A stretch of DNA of 64,000 bases from an uncultured virus (IMG/VR IMGVR_UViG_3300021400_005359) (lineage: Duplodnaviria > Heunggongvirae > Uroviricota > Caudoviricetes). The stretch lies in the IMG/VR virus record IMGVR_UViG_3300021400_005359. The stretch is one strand, 5' to 3'. Below the pieces are notes generated by a model, which worked only from the letters and a program-made list of their open reading frames with translations, did not search any database and was not told where the DNA came from. Below are positions 28,901-39,535 of this stretch, one piece after another. Position 1 is the first letter of the stretch, and every line of letters begins with the position of its first letter. A program made the position numbers and the translations under genes.

Positions 28901-29297
28901 TTGCTTCCTCCTTTAAATACTTCGAAAATTGACTATTCATATCAATAGATATATCAAAAACAACATTTCCAAGATAATTTTCAAAATCAAAAACTTCGTC
29001 AATATCATCTGATGAACAAAGGATTATTTTAGAATCTTTAAAATACTCCGAAACACCAGAACCTCTTTCAAGTCTTTTTAAAATTGAGATACCAAGGTCT
29101 TTCTTTATCTCTCTTGAATCATCGTAAATAGGGAAATTATTATCAAGAACAACAAGTGAGAATTCATTATCCTTCAAAGACTTTACCATTGAGCCCCTTG
29201 TTCTTACTTTCTCTATATCTAAATAACCAAAAGATTTAAGAATGTCTTCAATACAGTCTGCTTTGATATTATCGTCATCAACAATTAAAGCATTCAT
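28893..29297 (-). CDS. Stand-alone response-regulator receiver domain
   Basis: LIVDDD, LVVLDNNFP, IILCSS; overlaps the start of the next gene. Confidence 0.8.
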   Translation of the reverse strand: MNALIVDDDNIKADCIEDILKSFGYLDIEKVRTRGSMVKSLKDNEFSLVVLDNNFPIYDDSREIKKDLGISILKRLERGSGVSEYFKDSKIILCSSDDIDEVFDFENYLGNVVFDISIDMNSQFSKYLKEEANE

Positions 29298-29384
29298 ATT
29301 ATTCCTCCTATATATAAATATATAAATATTATATTACAAAAAATAAAAAAAACAAAAAAGGAGAGAAAATTCTCTCCTTTTTTA

Positions 29385-30068
29385 TCACTTCAAAACTCCA
29401 AGTCCAATCATTTCAGAAAGCTTAAGAAGGAAAGCAATTTCTTCATCGCTATCCGTATAAGCAATTCTATCCTGAATTGAATTCTCAAGAGCTTCCTTTT
29501 CCTCTCTGGAAATAACCAAGGAATCATTTGGAACTTTTTTCATATAGCTTGCATCTTCTGGAGCAATAAAAGGAATCTTTTCAGGATGTCTCTTAGGTCT
29601 AACTCCATCTTCAGTAATCTTTTCAACCCAAAATACAAAATTTGTAATATCTTCAGGTACAAGCTTATATTCTCCAGTTAAATAAGAAGAATCAAGAGTA
29701 TATAAAGAAAAGAAAACTTCTCTTCTTAGATGGTCCTGAGAAACAACCATTTCAGAAAACATATATTCCAAAATATGCATTGCTTTTTCATTGTCACACT
29801 CAGCCTGACTCATAATGTGAGGAATAAAATCAAGCCACCTTACTTTGGTAAAAGGGCTTTTCTTAAATTTCTCTGTCTTGGAAATGTACCACTGAGTCGA
29901 ACGAGCATAAGCTGTTAAGTAATCAGCAAATCCCTGATAATTAAACTTTTTCAAGGGAACTGTCTCCAGATAATTCTTACCTGTAATATTCTTATAATTT
30001 TCAAGCAAATTATAGACGATTATAGGGTCTGACAAATCCTTATGACAAATAACTGAAAATCTAGACAT
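29385..30068 (-). CDS. Hypothetical protein
   Basis: AGGAGG RBS; terminator downstream. Confidence 0.7.
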   Translation of the reverse strand: MSRFSVICHKDLSDPIIVYNLLENYKNITGKNYLETVPLKKFNYQGFADYLTAYARSTQWYISKTEKFKKSPFTKVRWLDFIPHIMSQAECDNEKAMHILEYMFSEMVVSQDHLRREVFFSLYTLDSSYLTGEYKLVPEDITNFVFWVEKITEDGVRPKRHPEKIPFIAPEDASYMKKVPNDSLVISREEKEALENSIQDRIAYTDSDEEIAFLLKLSEMIGLGVLK

Positions 30069-30211
30069 TTTATGTTTCCTCCTACAAAAAAATTATCTCC
30101 TATATTATAGTTGTTTTTGATATTTTTTATTAAACTTTTTAAAAAATAAAATAATTGTTTTTTAGTATAAATATGCTAAACTATAAGAAGATTAATAAAA
30201 AGGAGCTTTTT

Positions 30212-30748
30212 ATGAAAAAGAAAATTTTCTTAATCCCATTAATTCTAATGGTTTTACTTACAGCTTGTGGACAACAAAAAAATTATAACTATAACAGATT
30301 AAATGTAAAAACTATAATAAATAATGAATATATAAACGAAGATTTTAATGAAGAATACAGTACAGTTTATTTTAAATCAAAAGAAAATACAAAATCTTAC
30401 GAATACATCATTAAAGAAGAAGATAAAGAAGAATACTCATTAGATTCAGCAAGTACATACCTTCTTTCAATGAAAGACATTTTAAAACAAAGCTATCAAA
30501 TGTCAAAGAAAGAAACAAAAACAACAAAGAAATCTAAAGGTCAATTTATTTGTACTTATGAATATTCAGCAATAGACAATGACAACACAATTTATACTGT
30601 AAAAACAAAATACATTTATGATACAAAAACTAAAGAAGCAGTAATGGTAATTGCTTTTATTGATGACAGTGATAAAAAAGAAATAAAAGAATCATTAAAT
30701 CAAATATTTGATGAGACAGTTTTAAAAACAGATGAGGAGCTTAAATAG
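30212..30748 (+). CDS. Lipoprotein
   Basis: Start reassigned to ATG 30212 after AAGGAG; lipobox LLTA|C. Confidence 0.75.
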   Translation: MKKKIFLIPLILMVLLTACGQQKNYNYNRLNVKTIINNEYINEDFNEEYSTVYFKSKENTKSYEYIIKEEDKEEYSLDSASTYLLSMKDILKQSYQMSKKETKTTKKSKGQFICTYEYSAIDNDNTIYTVKTKYIYDTKTKEAVMVIAFIDDSDKKEIKESLNQIFDETVLKTDEELK

Positions 30749-30752
30749 CTCC

Positions 30753-32039
30753 TCATATTTTTATAATTCCATATTCTATTTGTTTTGTAAAATATTCATC
30801 TTCAAAAGAATACATAGTACCATCTTCTGTAAGTGAAAAGATAGCTTTGTGAATTTTTAGACCAACAAGTCTTTGTTTAGTTGTAAAAAGTGCTCCCTTT
30901 AGTTCGAAAACACTATAAAGTCTAAAAGCTTCTGTTTCGTTGTCACAAATAAAAACAGGTCTTATATCTTGTTTTTGACTTTCAACAAACTTTCTTGTAA
31001 TATTCTGAAAAAATACACCCTTATAAGTAGAAGACATTGGACAATATGTAAAATCTTCAAATAAGAAATTTAAAGTTCTCTGTCCTTCTTTTCTTGCAAA
31101 AAATGAAAAAGGAGATGTAAAGATTTTTTCCAATGTCAAACTATCTTCAATAATTCTGTATCCATTTTTAAGAAGAGCTTCTTTTTGAGCTTTCAAAGTA
31201 TCGTCATAATTCAAAATTCTATTTTCAATAGTATCCATAAGCTCTTCTGGAGTATTTACAAAAATCTCAATATCTTTATCAAAACAATCTACGAAATTTG
31301 AATAAATAGTATTTTTTATAAGAGAAATTCTTTGATTAATTCTAACTATTCCATCAACGATAAATAGTACAACTATTTTTCTTTCTCTTAAAATAAATTC
31401 ATTGGAAGACAAAAACTTACGATAGTGGTCCCACTTTTCTTTTAACTGCTTATCATTTTCAGTTCCCATATCCATTTCTAAGAAAAATACAATATTATTT
31501 AAAGTAAAAACTCCATCAGGTCTAATTCCAACAAAACTTTCAAGATGTTTTTCATCTTCATATTTAAAATTTTGACCTCTAAAAAAGTTTTCTAAATTAA
31601 TTACAAATTTGTTCAAATTGTATTGGTGAGCCATAAATCTTTCTTTTACATTAAGTTCTGACTCAATAAGATAACCTTTTGAATAAACTTTTTTGTGTTC
31701 ATCATATAAATTATCAGGCCAATTTCTATATTTTCTAAGAATGTTTATTCCTTGAGTAGTAAGTTGATACATAGGAGGAATATCTTTATCATAAAGCATA
31801 ACTTCTGTTACAAGTTTTGCTTCTAAGAATTTTTTTAATTTTCTTTTAGAATATGTTTCACTGTTAATTTCACCAGTTTTAGGATTATATTTATAAACAA
31901 GTTCATAAATTTGATTATAAGTAAGACATCTAAAATCGTATATAGCATTTAAAGCATCATAGTCTCTCTCACTAAAAGTATCTACAACTTGATTTATTTT
32001 ATATTTACTTAAATCTCGAATTTCTTTCTTTCGTGGCAT
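30753..32039 (-). CDS. Replication-relaxation (Replic_Relax) family protein
   Basis: wHTH N-terminus (ERD..L..IY.FRCLT..QI, YQLT.QG), H, RPDG, FLEMDMGTE...K...Y; start moved to MPRKK after AAGGAG. Confidence 0.8.
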   Translation of the reverse strand: MPRKKEIRDLSKYKINQVVDTFSERDYDALNAIYDFRCLTYNQIYELVYKYNPKTGEINSETYSKRKLKKFLEAKLVTEVMLYDKDIPPMYQLTTQGINILRKYRNWPDNLYDEHKKVYSKGYLIESELNVKERFMAHQYNLNKFVINLENFFRGQNFKYEDEKHLESFVGIRPDGVFTLNNIVFFLEMDMGTENDKQLKEKWDHYRKFLSSNEFILRERKIVVLFIVDGIVRINQRISLIKNTIYSNFVDCFDKDIEIFVNTPEELMDTIENRILNYDDTLKAQKEALLKNGYRIIEDSLTLEKIFTSPFSFFARKEGQRTLNFLFEDFTYCPMSSTYKGVFFQNITRKFVESQKQDIRPVFICDNETEAFRLYSVFELKGALFTTKQRLVGLKIHKAIFSLTEDGTMYSFEDEYFTKQIEYGIIKI

Positions 32040-32185
32040 AATAAAACTCCTTATATAAATTCTCAATTATATTTATAATAGACATTTTTTCAGTATTTAC
32101 AAAAAAAATTTAAAGAAAAACACAAAAAAAAGAAGCTATAATAGCTTCTTTTTTTATTTTCTGCAGAAAAGTTTAAATATGTTAA

Positions 32186-32476
32186 TTACTCAGCTTCTTC
32201 TTCGTCATCAACTGCATTAGAAGAGAAATCTGACTCTTTTGAATGCTTATACATATAAGTATCAATTGCATCAAGGATATCTCCAGTTGTTTCAAGATTC
32301 ATTCTTGAAAGTTGATATGTAAGAGTATCGCCTGTAAATCTTTCTTCTAATTCTTCACAAATAATACTGCATAAATCGTATCTGTTTGTTACTTTGTGCT
32401 CCTTGATAGTATCCTTAATAAGCTTCTTTGTACCTCTTGTTAACTCCTTAAACTTGTCATCTTTTAAACTGTGCAT
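32186..32476 (-). CDS. Small hypothetical protein
   Basis: Start reassigned to MHSLKDD after GGAGG. Confidence 0.65.
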   Translation of the reverse strand: MHSLKDDKFKELTRGTKKLIKDTIKEHKVTNRYDLCSIICEELEERFTGDTLTYQLSRMNLETTGDILDAIDTYMYKHSKESDFSSNAVDDEEEAE

Positions 32477-32655
32477 TGTTATAAAACCTCCTAAAATTTT
32501 CTTAGGAGAGGTGCTACCCTTTGCACCTCTCACTAATAAGATATATTATTTTTTGGAAAATTATAACAACTTTTTAAAATTTCTCTCATATTTTTTATAT
32601 CATATTAAAAATAAAAAAACAAGAGAGAGATAAATTTTTATCTCTCTCTTAGTTT

Positions 32656-34959
32656 TTATCTAAATAAACCTTCACTATCCATCAATTTAAAGATAAGTTC
32701 TGCAGCATCTTCTCTAGTTCCATTTTCTCTTGGATATAAAAGTCCATCTTCAGGAATAAATCCAAGTTTAGCAGCAATAGCAACTTTATTCTTAGCCCAA
32801 GCACTAATATCTTCTTTATCTTGGAAATAAAGTGCAGCTCCATAAGCTCTAGGATTTAGACTGTTTACTTCATAAGCTCTAACAGTCATATAAATCATCT
32901 CTTCAATAGTTATCTTTTTATCTATATCTATATTATTTGTCCAAGTAGGAGGTGTTATGCTAAGTTCATATAAACCGTTAACAGCTCCAGCATAACTACT
33001 TCCATTTAATCCATTAAAGTAATTTGTAGAAGAATTTGCTCCAAGTTTTCTAGCAAGATACATTGAGAATTCTCCTCTACTCATTGTAAACTTAGGATTA
33101 AATGTTCCACCATTTGCATCCATAATTCCCTTAGAAACAACTATTTCCGCATATCTCTTATAAGTATTATCATAGAAATTAGAATCATTTAAGCTTGTAT
33201 AAATTTCTCTAGCTACATAAATTCCTTCTCCATAATAATTAGAAATAAATGCTTTCATATTTTCACTAACAGTAGTATTAAGACAAGTGCTATTATTTAA
33301 ATAATTACTTACAAATCTTAAATCTCTAATGTTAGATGTTCCATCAGAATTATAATGAAGAGCAACTTTAGATTTTGTTCCAAAACTGTAAGCTGCATCA
33401 ACATTGCTTACTTTAATAGAAACATTATAAGCACCAGTAGCTTTATTAGAAATCATAGCAATTGTTTCATTAGTTGAAACAACATAATCTCCAACAGCAT
33501 TTAAAGTACCAAAATCTGATTCAATCTTTAAGTAACTTGTATCAAGAACTAAAGTTACATTATTATCTCTTAAAAGCTGAACAATATTTGCAGGAACAGT
33601 GAACTTAATATTGCTTCCAAGAGTATCTCCTCTTACAATAATAACCTTCTTAGTATCATTTCTCATATTATTAATTACATTAGATACACTATCATAATCA
33701 TTTAATACATAGTTGTATTTGTAAGAAGCTCCTTCATATCCTTCACTCTCTAAAGCCCAATCAATAACAGAACTGTTTCCATTGTACATCATTAAGTTAA
33801 GAGTATATACACCATTGTCATTAACATAAGGATTCCAAATAGCATACTCAACAGATTCAGTATATCCTTGTTCTGTAGGAGTTGTCTGTCCTTCAGTTGG
33901 AGTAATAGAAGGAACAATTATATCAGGATTATTTTCTTTTTCTCCAGTAGAATCTCCAACAGTATTACCTATTGTTTCTGGTTGATAATAATAGAAGGAA
34001 TAAGTATTTAAAGGCTTATTATTTTTATCATAGAAATAAAGGTCAAAGTCAGCATTATACTTATTCTTTAAGTTATCAGCATACTGTTTTGCATATTTCT
34101 CAAGGTCTGCCAAAGAAGAATTCATCCAAACATCGTCTTCTTTTGCAAAGTTTCCAACAAATTTAATCTTTATATATTTATTTGTAGAATCACCCATAAT
34201 AGATGCTGTAAATGATAAGTTATTACCATTTGAAGAATAAGAACCATCACTTGCAGATGTTGGAACAGTATTTCCACCAGGAGCAGTTATTGTTTTAGGA
34301 TAAGTATCAACTGCATTTCCATTTTTATCAAAAACAGAAATAGAAATACTCTTCCCTGAAATTTCTTTAGCTATCTTAGAAATAGCACTTAAATAACCAT
34401 TCCAATCTGAAGCATCTTTACCAGTAAATAAAGTATCTCCAGAAGTAAAGTTTGTTCCTGTTAAAATAACATTACCAGCAACATTGCTTTGCTCATAAGT
34501 AAATACAAACTGCATTGCATACTTAGAATTCTTATCCTTGTAATACTTATAGTCTTGTAAAGCTTTTAAAATCTTATATTCATCACTTTCATCTCTTGAT
34601 GAAAAATCTGTTGAATAATAATATTTTTTACTAAAAGCAAGGTCACCTGAAATATTTATATTTAAATAACCATCATTTGTCATATTCATAGGAACAAAAA
34701 AGCTTGTAAAAGATGAATTAGAAACTACTGCGTCATCAAAAAACTGTAAATTACCATAATCATCTAAAACTTTTATAAGAACTTTCATATCGGAGGTAAA
34801 ACCAGAAGTCTTACCTTCGATATAAACAGTATCTCCACTTCTATAAACATCAAGAGAAGTTATTTTTCCTGGCATATAAGCAGCAAAAACTGTTATAGCA
34901 GTTGCAAAAAGAACAAATAAAGGAATTATAATCATTAAAAATTTCTTATTTATTTTCAT
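32656..34959 (-). CDS. S-layer homology (SLH) domain surface protein
   Basis: Signal peptide; C-terminal SLH repeats (GIMD..GGTFNP..TMSRGEF; FQDKEDISAWAK..V..AAKLG...TREDAA). Confidence 0.85.
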   Translation of the reverse strand: MKINKKFLMIIIPLFVLFATAITVFAAYMPGKITSLDVYRSGDTVYIEGKTSGFTSDMKVLIKVLDDYGNLQFFDDAVVSNSSFTSFFVPMNMTNDGYLNINISGDLAFSKKYYYSTDFSSRDESDEYKILKALQDYKYYKDKNSKYAMQFVFTYEQSNVAGNVILTGTNFTSGDTLFTGKDASDWNGYLSAISKIAKEISGKSISISVFDKNGNAVDTYPKTITAPGGNTVPTSASDGSYSSNGNNLSFTASIMGDSTNKYIKIKFVGNFAKEDDVWMNSSLADLEKYAKQYADNLKNKYNADFDLYFYDKNNKPLNTYSFYYYQPETIGNTVGDSTGEKENNPDIIVPSITPTEGQTTPTEQGYTESVEYAIWNPYVNDNGVYTLNLMMYNGNSSVIDWALESEGYEGASYKYNYVLNDYDSVSNVINNMRNDTKKVIIVRGDTLGSNIKFTVPANIVQLLRDNNVTLVLDTSYLKIESDFGTLNAVGDYVVSTNETIAMISNKATGAYNVSIKVSNVDAAYSFGTKSKVALHYNSDGTSNIRDLRFVSNYLNNSTCLNTTVSENMKAFISNYYGEGIYVAREIYTSLNDSNFYDNTYKRYAEIVVSKGIMDANGGTFNPKFTMSRGEFSMYLARKLGANSSTNYFNGLNGSSYAGAVNGLYELSITPPTWTNNIDIDKKITIEEMIYMTVRAYEVNSLNPRAYGAALYFQDKEDISAWAKNKVAIAAKLGFIPEDGLLYPRENGTREDAAELIFKLMDSEGLFR

Positions 34960-37889
34960 TAATTTACACCTCCTCTATTTGTAATAGTTTTTGAATAAGT
35001 ATAAAACCTATTGGCTTTATTTAAATCATCGCCATTTATGAAGAAAGATTTTACTTTAATATTGTTAACATCTGCAGGCATTAAAAGTCTTGTTTTGAAT
35101 GCCTTCTCTTCAAATTTATTAACTGTCTGAGAATGTAAAACCTTATCTACAATCTTATTGTTTTTATCGTAAATAACTGTTACAAGAGAAACTGTTACAG
35201 GATTCTCTTCATAGTTAACAAATACACCATCTGTAGTAAATGAAGAATTCTTTACAATTGAATTTGTTTCAAACTCAATGTAACAATCATATTCATCAGG
35301 CTTTGCAGCAACAACAGGCAAACTTAAAATACTAGAGCCTTTTGATGTAACATTTATATAGAAATTTTTATTAGCTCCATATAAACCATTTGCATAAATT
35401 CTAACAGTCTTCATTTCATAATTTGGCTCAACTAAAATTCCTTCACTTTCTTTACCACCAGAAATTTCAATAATAGGATTCTTAATTTCATTCCCATTTT
35501 CATCATAGCATTTATAAGAAATATCCTTATAAGTTCCAGAATTATCGTCAAAAGTTAAAACTTTTACCTGACTTCTATCTGAATCAAATCCTGAAAATAC
35601 AATAGAAGAGAAAGTCTTATTTGAATCATCAGGAGTTCCAGTAGGAATAACAGTAGGGGTATCATCGGAAACTTCAGTTCCTTCACCTGAACCATCTTTT
35701 ACAAGAGTAAATGTCTTAGAAGTTGAAGCTCCTTCGTAACTAAAGTTTACAACAACCTTATCTCCTTCTTTTGCATTTGACTTAACAGAAAGAGTAGAAC
35801 CTTGTAAAGAAACACCTTCTACACTATTTGCAAGTACAAAAGTTCCTTTACCATCCTCAACTTTGCCATCTCTAGTAATTCTAGTCTTTAATTCTACATC
35901 TGTTCTATATCCTTCAGAAGGAATCTTTATATTATTTCCATTAGTAATTTCAACAATCAAATCAGAAATATCTGACTTATCAACGATTGAAAAAGTCTTA
36001 CTAACTGAAACATCATAATCATTTAAACTAACTTTTACAGTATACTTACCTTTTTCTGCACCAGGTAAAATATTAATAACATCTCCTGAACTCTTTATTT
36101 CTGCAAAAACATAATTAGGATTAGTAAGAACGTTTCCTTGATAAATTTCATAACTATAAGGAATTTTAACAACTTCTCCATTTCTAGTAATTATAGGAGT
36201 AGCAATAATAGTTCTTTGGTCTTTTTCAGGAAGAGCAACTTTATCATTAGATAAAGTCAAAGTTATTTCAAATTCATTAGTTTCTTCTGTTACAATAGGT
36301 TTCAAAACATATTCGTGTTTAGCTTCGTTGGAATCAACAGAAATTATAAACGATTCAAACTCTGTAGTATCTAAACATAACAAACCGCCAAATAATTTAT
36401 CAAAACCTGTATGATAAGAAGATTGTTCACCAAGATTTATTCCAAGTTCATAATTTGTAAGTCCTTCTAATTTTCTATCTCCAATCATAGAAACCCTATC
36501 AATTAAAACATAATCATAAGATTTATTTAAATAAACCTCATTATAATCTTTTACATCTTGAAGAACTGTTCCATTTCCATAAGTATAAACTGTATCAACA
36601 GTAGTAACATCATAAGGCTCAAAATAGAAACTATATGATGCTGCTGGATTATTCTCATCATAATTACAATAGAAAAGAATTGTATATCTACCTTCCTTTA
36701 AATCTCTAAATGTTGTCTTAATTCTGTTAGAACCAGAAACATCAATTTTTGATTCATCTGTGATATCGTTTAAATCAGAATCTAATAGACTAAGTCCATC
36801 AAAAACAAATGAAGTAGAGAAATTAAGGTTAAGTTCTCCAGAAGAAGATGCTTTATATACCAAGTTGTTCTCTTTTACAATAGAATTTTCTTGTAAAGAG
36901 CTATCTCCTGAATTCTCATCATAGACAAATCTCTTATACTGTAAATAATTAACAGAAAGAATTTTAACATATTCATTTCCGTAAATATCCATCAAACGAA
37001 GTTCGTATTTATAAGTTTTCTTAGGCATAGCAAGTGAAGAAGTTCTATCAAATTCTAATACAAGTTTAAGACCAGAAAGGTCAGTGTCTCCAATTTTAGA
37101 AGCAAGATAAGCCTTTAAAACAGGAGAATTTTCTTCAACAGGATTTATCTTCACATAATTTGCATCTGTGCTATAAGGTCTAATATCTCTCTTAGGTAAA
37201 GAATTATCAAAGATATTATAATTAAATACATAATACTTGTTATCTTCCCAAGAACCCATAACAGTATCAATATTATAACCTTCAGTACCATAATCATCAA
37301 ATTCCTCTAAATAAGTATAAGGAATTGTTGTGTCAGCATATACATTTCCATAAGGAGACAAATTAATTTCAGTTTGTCTTGAACCATCGAAGCTAGTATT
37401 TATTGAAACTTCTCTAGTAGCAACTATTCTTTCATCTCCACCAATATTTGTATAAACTTCTAAATTAAATTTAGTAGGAAAAGAAGTATCTCCTCCTGAT
37501 AAAGAAGTATCTGTCTCTATAAAATCTAAATAATTTTTATAGTTTATAGCAAGTTGGAAAGTATCAGCATATTCACCAGGATATAATACTCTGATACAGC
37601 TATTCATCATATTTTCATCATAGTTTACATCGCTAGTAATTCTTACTTTTAAAGCAGAATCAGTAATTTTGCTAAATCCATCCAAAATGGTGTAATTAAT
37701 TACTAAAACATTATTTTTATCAAAGTATTTTCCATCAATAACATCTTTTTCTGAACTACTGTTAACATAACTACTATTACTAACTGCTTTTAAAGTAATT
37801 GTATTAGCAGCTTTTACAATAAGAAATCCAAAAACAGCAAAGATTATTGAGAAAACTATACTTATTTTTACAATCTTATCTTTATTCAT
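34959..37889 (-). CDS. Large secreted beta-rich (Ig-like repeat) surface protein
   Basis: Signal peptide, 976 aa, beta-strand-rich repeats, Pro/Thr linker; coupled to the SLH gene. Confidence 0.65.
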   Translation of the reverse strand: MNKDKIVKISIVFSIIFAVFGFLIVKAANTITLKAVSNSSYVNSSSEKDVIDGKYFDKNNVLVINYTILDGFSKITDSALKVRITSDVNYDENMMNSCIRVLYPGEYADTFQLAINYKNYLDFIETDTSLSGGDTSFPTKFNLEVYTNIGGDERIVATREVSINTSFDGSRQTEINLSPYGNVYADTTIPYTYLEEFDDYGTEGYNIDTVMGSWEDNKYYVFNYNIFDNSLPKRDIRPYSTDANYVKINPVEENSPVLKAYLASKIGDTDLSGLKLVLEFDRTSSLAMPKKTYKYELRLMDIYGNEYVKILSVNYLQYKRFVYDENSGDSSLQENSIVKENNLVYKASSSGELNLNFSTSFVFDGLSLLDSDLNDITDESKIDVSGSNRIKTTFRDLKEGRYTILFYCNYDENNPAASYSFYFEPYDVTTVDTVYTYGNGTVLQDVKDYNEVYLNKSYDYVLIDRVSMIGDRKLEGLTNYELGINLGEQSSYHTGFDKLFGGLLCLDTTEFESFIISVDSNEAKHEYVLKPIVTEETNEFEITLTLSNDKVALPEKDQRTIIATPIITRNGEVVKIPYSYEIYQGNVLTNPNYVFAEIKSSGDVINILPGAEKGKYTVKVSLNDYDVSVSKTFSIVDKSDISDLIVEITNGNNIKIPSEGYRTDVELKTRITRDGKVEDGKGTFVLANSVEGVSLQGSTLSVKSNAKEGDKVVVNFSYEGASTSKTFTLVKDGSGEGTEVSDDTPTVIPTGTPDDSNKTFSSIVFSGFDSDRSQVKVLTFDDNSGTYKDISYKCYDENGNEIKNPIIEISGGKESEGILVEPNYEMKTVRIYANGLYGANKNFYINVTSKGSSILSLPVVAAKPDEYDCYIEFETNSIVKNSSFTTDGVFVNYEENPVTVSLVTVIYDKNNKIVDKVLHSQTVNKFEEKAFKTRLLMPADVNNIKVKSFFINGDDLNKANRFYTYSKTITNRGGVN

Positions 37890-37903
37890 ATAAAACTCCT
37901 TAA

Positions 37904-38644
37904 TTATTTAAAAAATTCGTGACCACCGTGCTTAAAAAGATATGTAAGGGCTGTATCAAACCAAGTAACAGCTCCTCTATGAGCAGCACTTCTAGCCATA
38001 AAGTAAAGTGCTCCATCAGAATAATCGACTCCATTCAAAGCCTGTTCAACAGCTTGCTTTGTTTCATCTGATACTTTACAAGAGTAAAAGCTTCCATTAG
38101 AAACAGGAGAAAACTGACCAGGAGAAAGAATAACAGAAGATACATCATTTGGAAACTTAGAACTAGCAACTCTATTAAAGATTACATTAGCTATCAAAAC
38201 TTTTCCAACCATATCTTGGTTACCAGCTTCTGTTTGAACTATTCTACATAAATTTTCATATTCTTCTTCAGTAACAGCTTTAGCATCTCCGATAACAAAT
38301 CTAACAGTGTTGTTAGACGTTAAAGAAATTCGTTCTACATTTAAAATAACTTCAGAAGAAAGTTGTCTCAAGTCTCCATCTTTGTTTTCAGCAACTAATT
38401 TATTAGGAATAATAGTTGAAGAAACATCGCCTATTTGATTGGATAGTTCAACAAATTGAACTATATTACAAACACTATCACTAATAAAAACTTCACCAGT
38501 TTCTTGTACTTCTTGAACTTCTTCAGTTTCACTCTTGTTAGGAGCAAAATCAACAAGTCCATCACTTAATACACTTAAAGCTTTAACTGGCAAAGAAAAA
38601 AGAAATAAAGAGGAAATTAATCCGATTAAAACCTTTTTATACAT
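37904..38644 (-). CDS. Cell wall hydrolase, SleB/Hydrolase_2 family
   Basis: LCRIVQTEAG, VIFNRV, FPN.V..VI..PGQFSPV, GALYF, GGHEF. Confidence 0.9.
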   Translation of the reverse strand: MYKKVLIGLISSLFLFSLPVKALSVLSDGLVDFAPNKSETEEVQEVQETGEVFISDSVCNIVQFVELSNQIGDVSSTIIPNKLVAENKDGDLRQLSSEVILNVERISLTSNNTVRFVIGDAKAVTEEEYENLCRIVQTEAGNQDMVGKVLIANVIFNRVASSKFPNDVSSVILSPGQFSPVSNGSFYSCKVSDETKQAVEQALNGVDYSDGALYFMARSAAHRGAVTWFDTALTYLFKHGGHEFFK

Positions 38645-38798
38645 ATAGCCACCTTTTCTCATAATTATTAAATCTATAAAATATCTTATTCTTAAATTTA
38701 AGTAATAAAAGAAAAAATAACCTTATATAAAACAAAAAAGGTTGTTATCCTCTTAAATAATATATATACTAAAAACAGAAAAATAAAAAGGAGTTTTT

Positions 38799-39146
38799 AT
38801 GATGACAGATTTTCACATAGACCATTTAAGCAATCCTAGAAATAGTGGAAAGCTAAAAGACTATGATAAAATAATAGAAGCAAAAAGTGATTATTGCGGA
38901 GATATGATAAGATTTTATATAAAATTTAATGGGGACAAGATAGAAAATGTAGGATATGAAGTCTTTGGATGCTGGGCAATAATTAGTGCTTGTAGTATAA
39001 TGTCAGAATATATGGAAGGAAAGACAATAGAAGAATTAAGAGATTTAACAGAAGAAGATGTTGAAAGAATTTGTCAAGTAGATAAAGTTCCTGAAATTAA
39101 AAGGCATTGTTTTCTTCTTCCTATAAAAATTTTAAAAGAAATCTAA
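38799..39146 (+). CDS. iscU: IscU/NifU-like Fe-S cluster scaffold
   Basis: H..NPRN.G, CGD, FGC, K.HC (three conserved Cys). Confidence 0.85.
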   Translation: MMTDFHIDHLSNPRNSGKLKDYDKIIEAKSDYCGDMIRFYIKFNGDKIENVGYEVFGCWAIISACSIMSEYMEGKTIEELRDLTEEDVERICQVDKVPEIKRHCFLLPIKILKEI

Positions 39147-39169
39147 AAAAGACCCTTAAAGGGTCTTTT

Positions 39170-39535
39170 TTAATGTTTAAGGTCTATAGTGGAATCTTTT
39201 ACATTCTCTATAACACTTTCAAAAGTTATAACATCTCCACCTGTTTTTTCTTGTAAATAATTATATCTTGAAACAGAAAAGATTAAAAAACAAAGTATAA
39301 AAAGAAAAATTACCTTACAAATAAATAAAATTATTTTTAAAGGAATATTAACTGGAGTAGAAGTTTTAGTTATTTCAATTTCTTGTTTTCTTTTCTTCTC
39401 TTTTTTAACTTTTTTAATTTCTTTAGGTTTATCTTCTTTCTTTTCTATATTATCAAAATGAACATCATCTAAATATTCTCTTTTAGTATGTTCAAACTGC
39501 TTATTTATCTTTTTATAATCCAAATTATCACTCAT
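39170..39535 (-). CDS. Single-pass membrane protein
   Basis: Charged N-terminus, one TM. Confidence 0.6.
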   Translation of the reverse strand: MSDNLDYKKINKQFEHTKREYLDDVHFDNIEKKEDKPKEIKKVKKEKKRKQEIEITKTSTPVNIPLKIILFICKVIFLFILCFLIFSVSRYNYLQEKTGGDVITFESVIENVKDSTIDLKH

